The notes below the pieces were generated by a model, which saw only the letters and a program-made list of their open reading frames with translations, was not told the DNA's origin and did no database searches. From the sequence record PZ540767.1: a stretch of DNA of 64,000 bases; one strand, written 5' to 3'. Shown here in pieces: positions 27,501 through 33,087 of the stretch (position 1 is the stretch's first letter; each line of letters opens with the position of its first letter). The stretch comes from a phage. A program made the translations under genes and the position numbers.

Positions 27501-29198
27501 GCACTGGTGAACATGGGATACCAAAAAGTATCCCCACTGTCCCAGGACTCTTTGTCAAAACACTCTGGACGTGTACTGTATGTGACCAAAGAGAATGGGT
27601 ATCAACGAACCGTCTCTGGTACTTTCAGTTTAACTGGAAGCCAGCGTAAAGGTTCTTCCCTAAGTGGGGATCGTGCTGTTGCTGATCGTGTTCGAGCTGA
27701 CGAGTTAGAACAGTTAAGGCAAGCGTCCTATGCAGACGTGCGAGGGCGTGAAGCACTGTCCCACACTGCCTTTGATCCTACTCAGATCCAGGATAACCAT
27801 GTAGTGCCTGTATTAAGCACTGATGGTCATATCATGGACTTCCGTTACATGGCTACCCACAATACTCGTGACACGTTCCTTGATCGTAATAATGACTTTG
27901 CTGACCTTGTTGGTCGTCTGGCTGGTCAGAATATCGATAAGGGTGATGCCCCAAGCCAGAATGCTAAGATCCTGGAAGCTCTGCATGAAGACTCTAAGGC
28001 TAATATCCTGAAGAATCCTAATGCTTACTTTGAGATTGGGCCTAATGCACCTACTGAGCGAGGACGTGAGATCTGGGCAATGATGCCTTATGAAGCACGT
28101 ACTAAAGCTACTTCTCTGTGGGGTGCTGATCGTATGTATATTCGAAACGATCTGGTTAACCTTACTTTTGGCTTCCGTAAGTATTCACTGGCTAACATTT
28201 TTGATGTTGATCCAGAACAGCGTAATATTGCTCAGGGTGTTGCTGCTGGTTTACTTGAAGCTGCTTTTGGTGATAAGGCTAAAGCTTATGTAATTAAGGG
28301 TGAGCGTGGCATTCAGGAATTTATGCAGTCCTATAAGGACGTGATCGTTATTCGTAACCTGAAAACCCAGTTCAGTAATATTATGTCTAATACTGCTCTA
28401 CTGGCTGCTTATGGCGTTAACCCGGTACGTATGGTTAAAGATATCCGTACTGCTCTGGTTGCTGGGATTGACTACCGTAAACAGTACTCGCTGCTACTCA
28501 AGTATCAGCAACAGCAACGTGCTGGTATTGGTAACTTTGCTCAGATGGAGTCCCTGATCAATGAGACGCAGGATCGCTTGAATGCTAACCCTCTGGCTAA
28601 GTTTATTCAGGCAGGTATGATGCCTACCATCGTAGAAGACGTTCAGCCTGATGCTGATGGTTACACTTATGGTTCTAAGATCCGTAAGAAATTTAATGAG
28701 GTATCTGCCCATCTGCCAGCTTCTGCTGTAACAGCTGCTCGCTGGGCTGTGATTGATAAAGGTACTGCACCTCATAAATTCTTAAGTGATGCTGCTCAGT
28801 TCAGTGACTTTGCTGCTAAGTATGCTCTGTATAAGCACCTGACAGAACATGCCCGAGATCGCCTGAGTCATACTGAGGCTTTACAACGTGCATCTGATGC
28901 TTTTGTTAACTATGACATTCCAGCTACAGCTACTCGCCAATATCTGGATGATATGGGGATTACCATGTTTACGAAGTATCGTGTTCGTATCCAACGTGCA
29001 ATGTTCTACTTGATGGATAAACGTCCAGCATCTGTTATGGCACATATGGCAATTACAGGGCAGTTTACTCATGCACCTGATGCTATGGAGCCACTGTTTG
29101 CACGTAACTTAGGTAACCCATTCACACCTTCAGTATTGCAGGGTGGGAGTTTGTTGAATGTCCCAATGCCTTGGAACTTATTCAGAATGGCATACTAA
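18561..29198 (+). CDS. virion-packaged RNA polymerase (N4 vRNAP-like giant protein)
   Basis: Single uninterrupted ORF of about 3,550 aa; ATG at 18561 has an AAGGA RBS (first in-frame ATG at 18516 lacks one); followed by terminator. Confidence 0.85.
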   Translation: MAGNSSPLDKFLVPQQVTGQEAAQALPAPTQPTIAQRVNDASTRILNNLTGQGMYPTEEGEIARLKRINNEQSAYAKEVAAKDSDYGWSSTNFLDPETSSLTDRTASTFVNYGKALTDAVNGLAGKTDKTFKTLGNVLDQASIPNDALDAYRRVQAGKGTEADNALLDRQGAWWTQPIEVNQYGVPEMGNQTLRQRLDAINERQKTQNQSSYDNLEKLANPVQMQQAAADIEKSIEGKSGLDKFAAGLAAIARNPGAAGQTMVESAPYMVGGIPGMLASSAMQGGSVLSQYLDTQRKASDGQIPTAKDVAIGTGLGVVDGALNFAESIINRTAMLPGSKVLPAGVADRLVNAAQRIAPRSSTAAAALARVTAPTLDLAKNALTEGLVSGAQNQIEENYAKGKNEWDTKGNDVAFFQGIAAATGFGAPRAALSTAGEVANTAAQAMQKRTEAQDPVGQAARNTTPEDLMNPQSEGYNPAAAIRRAGMEWTRNTDATTDEQKAEIQSQAQSAMDAAQNDHQNNLDMINQRATAERTLADAGKFIPAIQERLDQLSNDPNADPDAVNQLQTILAQQTEARDAAQQQLDAMPSQEELAQSATRSAEVLDQAKSEFGKFSSATGMNTNTAKPENPTASDIISHPMSYTNEDLQEFVRNAPANATPAELGTLRALADAKVAENAVKTGSKVNSEIFKSTSNNLSLGDYQQGINTAVQAGDTNRIQSLMTGINNFETSHTAKADIAQQYLNEAKQNGKSYQILKTSNGWELNTGKRLDAKAQAKNGGFTIHKGSTGLVNNIVNEAKAITATRQYMEGIATPSTNQNVTGSTEQVASPEAQPEGAATVAGETGAQEQQAQPTISPLTTRDIRAMDQATLEKVMATTQQAMSSDTNPVLARNLDALDREWTRRADVATNQNRGVDAPHRKLDDSFKPKAQENEIQRSQAETTTQTEHTQADIDNESTGSESQQTAPVNVDDVVTNTDTLTETQQDNVAHGALSIFGKVGESLKALREKALAEPKGLQNLVLTGFNQRVRPGFGSPLVAVKDFINTLKTAVDTGSFTEVNRFLKQHISESKAEGAKQKALLKQFVEFHDHITANLDNIIRTKAPEYRYQDFAQFILDENGNFDSNTKTGIAAGIFSWLGENGDKMFLNQSEVAKTLRIKEDQLTPQAMSRMADIGYRQDLIMSQLGQRIYQAMGFAKRADVDPNRASKLQNALGAYALHAMYSNGYMEQSLMTAKEYFDLQTMGLDEQSAKEAAQAFQNDFGVSPNDAKHKIVFSRPARNFDAEGKPVAIEAISDIKNGMKDTRSLMSKLFGYDPAVREVLTTKPAGFKQKVFGKMNREVPSVLAARISKAMQYDYTIDQGVVNAMRTMSTVDNAALQHIFGVRTDADVPNEMEIFKKGREAKNADIQRSMEMGLDFANRRGTNPFWMPMEVWTNQRIGDLASEFNPQGSKVHRAMGGLSAHQVEISVARNAPVLDADGKPTQYGLFLVSLAQGMEEAPVIGADGKKLKSVDKQTYATFLPAFQNYLRKPENIKAVRAMQKVIAGSATTADTNVIKNAVAEYGMNGQSFAALHNLAQYATALESGKSSVKLLAQMESDGVTNGPILTNILNGSADFDLLKRGGIYREGDNITNMPTYRELGGQDYYELLGDAMRQHWADYKTNAPASQQGQIQALEYFSTGYGARSKAKTLATPFNYSAGIPALKAAMGRATVEDVYSKIGSLIPLAKSNNKADFAKAYAEVSKNLSVLLGQKVNLPRTADGLVKFSLNPAQTKRIIDVDSQTRGVATETAVNEVAADFIASRDANTSLVNTTFTLANLRYNAAKAALLKKRIAEGKIPVDAKGAPLEGLTQADLDKLSRMIPNMPSATGVLSENTKASGYPMAKVEKAFTAKSPATSIDIYFKEAANPKPAMDANGMLLSQGLVGGYKSTQSTVTETKLTNPGVAMGANVTQGTDAAISSDVISKIESQNVHDANILSPDNVLKGARIQNKAMFDAVVSYHPQHLAASALLTEVRSLAGANLSTNDKVAAKKALEAMKTKILGKDFKGNMKAALNTILNQAYDRDIKKLETLSEVYAVNQYGTEGGEYLITDTDRKKIGDEIARLKRSRAAGLQRISAMFSKGNAPKAEANQYPDKMRQYLYEASASTGSVSASEVMARTKGKFANPVYNELHNLISGLIPADAVVNVLDGQTMPKNVKGQSLPQNRDAIAWSYQDKNTAQVNLSLSKEASPEVLLHELTHIALGRAIATADSNPKVKAVLARTEKLMGRVTKLVSADPQLTQKFAPALANVDEFISWGMTNPEFQRYLDTITGVPEISGRNRGWLGTAFKQFVDQMSGIFAAVTGRAINARVTTALEALTFDTAHLVQAINPTAIESPVSSISHPMSNTNSAADQVAKFSHVDIFDNLASTGGKTNSAQFTGNLRNVISTVADQLYGALGSRVTQNANENYTPGQVWNEAVATGKAPVSTEALSNGFVLTNQEAFAVEAIEAAVSESLASGFTSPVNREIRRTWQAAKQSLKPEDFHNGNWNQATQAEKRAAQQKWNYLFDVTNDSGESQHLSRFVAMAIGHEDTSNLLGFQMEDGKDSGNTAFEQATAYFNQAVNTVSGMLTNTHQGQAANARAQALAEKLIQIELKNRDTTMNILTGGIDKVENALDTAAAKSKQFLGKIVKATGIDQSSNNALNAMGKVAGLAARDQLGSLKETIKEFRDFNAPSTPEGSLASILTEATNADDVRALHESLLRSTKRIEQDRATLAAVTAKNLNEMFDNNGQDLTKEDRTAMTYSLLRTDLQSVLHIEGMNLNNLHKLVSNTGYRKQQINNLEKTISQYANGNDKIIRAKALGFWMATGRNTLGRDLVLNAKAIATGAATHYSTVGIEPTLDEVNAIDALASMYALSYTKTENRVRTAAVMERELARGKDNGIKMLMATYANLIEDSANTLFAGNQLSRIKGYLPEDTNPHHDLRAVESGSADEAALVNMGYQKVSPLSQDSLSKHSGRVLYVTKENGYQRTVSGTFSLTGSQRKGSSLSGDRAVADRVRADELEQLRQASYADVRGREALSHTAFDPTQIQDNHVVPVLSTDGHIMDFRYMATHNTRDTFLDRNNDFADLVGRLAGQNIDKGDAPSQNAKILEALHEDSKANILKNPNAYFEIGPNAPTERGREIWAMMPYEARTKATSLWGADRMYIRNDLVNLTFGFRKYSLANIFDVDPEQRNIAQGVAAGLLEAAFGDKAKAYVIKGERGIQEFMQSYKDVIVIRNLKTQFSNIMSNTALLAAYGVNPVRMVKDIRTALVAGIDYRKQYSLLLKYQQQQRAGIGNFAQMESLINETQDRLNANPLAKFIQAGMMPTIVEDVQPDADGYTYGSKIRKKFNEVSAHLPASAVTAARWAVIDKGTAPHKFLSDAAQFSDFAAKYALYKHLTEHARDRLSHTEALQRASDAFVNYDIPATATRQYLDDMGITMFTKYRVRIQRAMFYLMDKRPASVMAHMAITGQFTHAPDAMEPLFARNLGNPFTPSVLQGGSLLNVPMPWNLFRMAY

Positions 29199-29203
29199 TA
29201 AAA

Positions 29204-29229
29204 AGCCCCTCAATGAGGGGCTTCTTTTT
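29204..29229 (+). terminator. rho-independent terminator after polymerase gene
   Basis: AGCCCCTC-AAT-GAGGGGCT hairpin followed by TCTTTTT. Confidence 0.75.
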
Positions 29230-29235
29230 GGCTCT

Positions 29236-29408
29236 TATGAGTCACGCTTTTCCTGGATGACTGCTCCAATGAGGCAAGCAATAAAAATTACAGCCACAAA
29301 GAACCAGAAGAAGCTAAGTAACCAGAAAGCTACCTTCATTAAAGCCAGTACAGCAATGGCTGCAATCACACAGAACAGGCCAATAAAGCCATTAATAACG
29401 TGTCTCAT
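29236..29408 (-). CDS. small membrane protein (57 aa), absent from ORF track
   Basis: Hand-translated MRHVINGFIGLFCVIAAIAVLALMKVAFWLLSFFWFFVAVIFIACLIGAVIQEKRDS; AGGTGA RBS; 10 nt downstream of 29419..30123. Confidence 0.35.
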
Positions 29409-29418
29409 AGATCACCTG

Positions 29419-30123
29419 TTAGTCGAAGTTAGCAAATGGGTCGTCTTCAGTATCTGCTGGTTTAGCAAAGCCAGCCTCACTGGTTTCAACTACTTTGGTT
29501 ACCGGAGTATCTGCCTGAGCAAACAGCTCGTCACCTTCAGATGAAGCCAGCCCAGCGTCTGCGAATGGATCGACTTCTTCTGCTACAGCAGCATCTTTGG
29601 CTTCTGGCAGCAGTTCATTTTCAGCACGCAGGTTTGCACCTTCGTCAATGTCGAATGGGGCAGCATTGTCTGCATCACTGGTTTCAGCAAAGAGATCTTC
29701 TTCACTTTCAGTTTGAGTTTCTGCTTCAGCTTTTACTTCAGCCTGTGCTGCGGCTTCTTCGGCAGCTTTATCAGCTTCGATTTCAGCTTTAGTACGACGT
29801 TTACGACGCTTAGGCTTATCGTCACCAGGTTCGTTACTGGTTTCCTCAGCTGAATCTTCTTCAGCCTCTTCCTCTTCCACTACTGGAGGCTCTGCGAAGA
29901 GTTGTTTAGCAACTTCAGACACAGAACCAGAACTAAGAGGGCCAGTTAAATCAGCAACAGATTTCAGGCGGAAGTTATCTTCGCCTACAGCTACAGCTGC
30001 CACGATCTGACCATCCAGAATACCTACTGTAACATCAGCCCCTTTAGCTGTAGGTACGAGACTGGAAAACGCATGTTTGGTCACCAGTTCGATCAGATCT
30101 TCAGTAGAAAGCAAAATACGCAT
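29419..30123 (-). CDS. acidic hypothetical protein with DDPF-type C-terminal tail
   Basis: 234 aa; AAGGA RBS; E/A-rich, basic KRRKRR patch, ends DDPFANFD. Confidence 0.55.
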   Translation of the reverse strand: MRILLSTEDLIELVTKHAFSSLVPTAKGADVTVGILDGQIVAAVAVGEDNFRLKSVADLTGPLSSGSVSEVAKQLFAEPPVVEEEEAEEDSAEETSNEPGDDKPKRRKRRTKAEIEADKAAEEAAAQAEVKAEAETQTESEEDLFAETSDADNAAPFDIDEGANLRAENELLPEAKDAAVAEEVDPFADAGLASSEGDELFAQADTPVTKVVETSEAGFAKPADTEDDPFANFD

Positions 30124-30125
30124 AG

Positions 30126-30689
30126 TTAATCCTTAGTAGCTAACATGGTTAGCATTTTGAAAGTTTCAGTTTTAATTCCAGCATGTACGGCTGCTACAGC
30201 GTCTGCCATGTGCTCTGCTTTACTGGCAATGATCTGGCCATTAAGTTTGGGCCAGTTAGCATCAGGATATAAACCAGATGCCCAATCAATACCTTGCTGC
30301 TTTGTTGCAGAGGATTTACCAGTGATTTCCATTCTGGTTTCAGTAGCATTTACACAGATCACAGGTTTAGCACCATGACTGTTTCGTATGGCTGCTATTA
30401 ACCCAATACAGGCACCTGCACCCAGTGAAGCTCTGGCATTCTGACTGCCATGAGGAACTTCAATACAGATGGCATCTATGTAAGGCATATAGCTCATTAC
30501 CTTCTCAAACAGGTATTCAGCTCTGGCTAAGTCCTGAGAAGATTTCCGTACTTGCTTGGAATTATCTTTGGGTGGTTGGATAACATCCAGCTTGGCAACA
30601 CTAAGAGATCTGGCTTCAGTGTCATATAACATTGCAGCCAGTCCCCAGTTACTAAAGCTTGGATCCATCCCCAGCAGTTTGAGTTTCAT
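30126..30689 (-). CDS. RuvC-like Holliday junction resolvase
   Basis: 187 aa; N-terminal LLGMDPSFSNWG resembles the RuvC motif I; later acidic residues (EVPH, HMADA) in expected order; GAGGA RBS. Confidence 0.55.
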   Translation of the reverse strand: MKLKLLGMDPSFSNWGLAAMLYDTEARSLSVAKLDVIQPPKDNSKQVRKSSQDLARAEYLFEKVMSYMPYIDAICIEVPHGSQNARASLGAGACIGLIAAIRNSHGAKPVICVNATETRMEITGKSSATKQQGIDWASGLYPDANWPKLNGQIIASKAEHMADAVAAVHAGIKTETFKMLTMLATKD

Positions 30690-30975
30690 TAGGATCCTCT
30701 TCCATGGTGAAGGGCAGTTTTAAGAACTGGTTCAGAGCATACTCTACACCCAGTTTAAATAAAGCACGTTCACGAGGATCAGTAATCAACTCAGGTTGAT
30801 CAGCACCATCGAATTGGACGTTAAGATCGATATCGTCCGGGGCTTGAATTACAGCCAACAGGTGATGGCCAATGTTACGATGCCAATCTGCTACCAGGAA
30901 ACCTAACTGAAGGTGGTTCTCTACTGGCAGAATGTTTTCAGGTTGATCCTGTACTACGGTTGAATCTTGGGTCAT
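30652..30975 (-). CDS. hypothetical protein (107 aa)
   Basis: ATG at 30975 with GAGG RBS; 3-prime end overlaps the resolvase start by 38 nt. Confidence 0.4.
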   Translation of the reverse strand: MTQDSTVVQDQPENILPVENHLQLGFLVADWHRNIGHHLLAVIQAPDDIDLNVQFDGADQPELITDPRERALFKLGVEYALNQFLKLPFTMEEDPNETQTAGDGSKL

Positions 30976-31017
30976 GGTAACCTCAGAATAAGCCCCCTGG
31001 TTTAGGGGGCTAAGTTA

Positions 31018-31758
31018 TTACATGGTAAATGGATCATCACCAGTGGTGGCATTGTCAGATCCTGGGTTGAAACCAGCACCTGCAAAGTTACCACCCGGAG
31101 CACCAGCGTTACCCTGACCAGTCACTTCTTTGAAGCGATCCCATACCTGGCCTTTGTTAGCTTCGAGCCACTTATCTTTGAAAGTAGCGACTTCCTGCTT
31201 ACCACGAATTTCCTGTTCAGTCTTATCGTCTTTACTACGGAAGACTTTTGCAATGGCATTGATCTCACGAGCTTCATTGATCGGCTCATACTGACCATCA
31301 TCGTTGCGTTTCTGCTTGTTCTCTTTAATACGCTGGATAGCGAAGGTGATCGGTTTACCACACAGATCCACCAGCATAGGAACATCAGTCGGAACTTCGG
31401 CTTTCTTCTCGAAGTTATACAGGTTGATGGTTTTGGTTTCTGGTTCCAGTTTAACCAGAGGCTTACCGCAGGCCAGCAGGCAGATCGAGTTTGCTTTCAG
31501 GAAGTTCTTGGTGTACTCGCCTTTATCGTTGACGACTTTACCCTGACCGTTCATGAACCAGATCTGCTCTTTGTAGATGCCGTGATCATCTTCGAATTCG
31601 ATGTTCATGGCTTGAGCTTTGGACTTTTCCGACTTGGTGATGTAAGCCAGTTTGATGATGCCCGGATAGACGTCAGTGTCACGAATGCGCATACCAGTGC
31701 CCAGGGTATCTTTCTCTACTGCTTTTTCTGCATCATAGTTAAAATCAAAATAAGACAT
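31018..31758 (-). CDS. ssb: single-stranded DNA-binding protein
   Basis: 246 aa; C-terminal Gly-rich linker ending in acidic GDDPFTM tail, like bacterial/phage SSB tips; AAGGTAA RBS; N4-like position. Confidence 0.6.
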   Translation of the reverse strand: MSYFDFNYDAEKAVEKDTLGTGMRIRDTDVYPGIIKLAYITKSEKSKAQAMNIEFEDDHGIYKEQIWFMNGQGKVVNDKGEYTKNFLKANSICLLACGKPLVKLEPETKTINLYNFEKKAEVPTDVPMLVDLCGKPITFAIQRIKENKQKRNDDGQYEPINEAREINAIAKVFRSKDDKTEQEIRGKQEVATFKDKWLEANKGQVWDRFKEVTGQGNAGAPGGNFAGAGFNPGSDNATTGDDPFTM

Positions 31759-31759
31759 G

Positions 31760-32290
31760 TTAGTTACCTTTTGTTTCTAGGCCATGGTTCTCATGGAAGC
31801 CTAATTCAATTAATTTCTCAGCCCGGCAGATAGCTGCTTCATTGGCTGTTTTGAAGGTACGTTGCCATACCTTCTTACGGTTCATCGTGATTTCTGCTAC
31901 ATAGCGATCACGACGTTTGCAGTACCAAATACCTTGGTGTCCAGTAATGGTATTGCTGATTGCACCCCTGTTTCGCATATTCTGAAGCATCGTAGTGTCC
32001 TTCAGATTTACTGCCCTGTTGTCATCACGAATATGGTTATCGTGGTCTACGTGCCCTTTAGGCCACTGCCTGTTGTGCATGTAGTAACAGATGATATGCT
32101 CTCCATAGGTAGTGCCGAAGATTGTTATATGGCGGTAGCCGCTAGCCTTGTGGAGACTCCCAGCGCGACTACCGATAACAATTCTCTTATTACAAGACTT
32201 GCTAATCCAAGTAAGATGTCCAGTAAGAGCATCATATTTTAGTACCTTTTCAAGCATTTCAAGGGTGAGATCTTTTTTGGGAATTTTCAT
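31760..32290 (-). CDS. HNH homing endonuclease with AP2-type DNA-binding domain
   Basis: 176 aa; HVDHDNHIRDDNRAVNL HNH motif followed by AP2-like GIWYCKRRDRYVAEI...ANEAAICRAEKL. Confidence 0.7.
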   Translation of the reverse strand: MKIPKKDLTLEMLEKVLKYDALTGHLTWISKSCNKRIVIGSRAGSLHKASGYRHITIFGTTYGEHIICYYMHNRQWPKGHVDHDNHIRDDNRAVNLKDTTMLQNMRNRGAISNTITGHQGIWYCKRRDRYVAEITMNRKKVWQRTFKTANEAAICRAEKLIELGFHENHGLETKGN

Positions 32291-33018
32291 GCGTAATACT
32301 CATGCAAACGGTCTAAGACCAACTGCATGTCATTATCGATGAAGGTTTCCTTGATATCAAATAAGTCCTCTGGGCCACGTAAACGCTCGTTAATGGTGTT
32401 CTTAGTAACCTGGGTCTGGTAAACATGCTTGTACCCGAGCATCTCCTCGCGCTCGTTAATGTGAAGTAACCCGTTCTGGTATTCTTCCAGATCCGTAAGC
32501 TTCACTTTCTTACAGGCAATAACCAGACTGAAGTATGACTCAATGCCCTGGTTCTTCAGTGCCCCTTTAACAGGTACACAGGTTTCACGAACCATGTCAT
32601 CGTTAACTTCATCCTTCGTGTGAGCTAAGAAGATCACGTTCTTGGTAGACGTGGCTACCAGCACCTGCATCAGGTGTTTGAACTGCTGGGCAAATTGGCC
32701 CCATGCAGCTTGGGTATTCGAGCTAGTAAGTACGAGCTGGCTCTCTACCATGTCCATGTAGTACGTCAGTGAATCAACTACAATGGTGTGAATATTCGGC
32801 TGGGTTTCAGCCCACTGAAACGCTTTAGGGAGGATATCCCAACGTGCAATGGTACGTTCCAGGAAACCTGATTTGAACGGCAGCTTTTTACCTGATTCAC
32901 AGTTAAGGTACAGCACACCTTCCGGGTTCTTCAGGTTCTTCAGTGACCGTGATTTACCACTTGCTGATTTACCTACAAGCAGTACAAGGTTGTCATTAAC
33001 GCTGATTTGATCGGACAT
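32287..33018 (-). CDS. P-loop ATPase, probably RecA-like recombination/replication ATPase
   Basis: Walker A GKSASGKS near N-terminus; ATG at 33018 with AGAGGT RBS (ORF track begins earlier at a non-ATG codon). Confidence 0.55.
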   Translation of the reverse strand: MSDQISVNDNLVLLVGKSASGKSRSLKNLKNPEGVLYLNCESGKKLPFKSGFLERTIARWDILPKAFQWAETQPNIHTIVVDSLTYYMDMVESQLVLTSSNTQAAWGQFAQQFKHLMQVLVATSTKNVIFLAHTKDEVNDDMVRETCVPVKGALKNQGIESYFSLVIACKKVKLTDLEEYQNGLLHINEREEMLGYKHVYQTQVTKNTINERLRGPEDLFDIKETFIDNDMQLVLDRLHEYYA

Positions 33019-33087
33019 AATTACCTCTTTTGAAATGCCCCCGAAGGGGCAAACCCACAAAGGGAACGGAAGTTCCCCAACACACAA

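Noticed and set aside
19704-29072. Many short minus-strand and alternate-frame ORFs inside the giant polymerase gene (for example 20850..21317, 22305..22784, 24132..24575)
   Set aside because: They lie wholly within one long ORF that has coherent protein-like composition, and none has a convincing RBS; treated as shadow ORFs.
29158-29544. Plus-strand 128-aa ORF crossing the polymerase terminator
   Set aside because: It starts inside the end of the polymerase gene, spans its terminator hairpin and is antisense to a better-supported small membrane ORF and the acidic protein gene.
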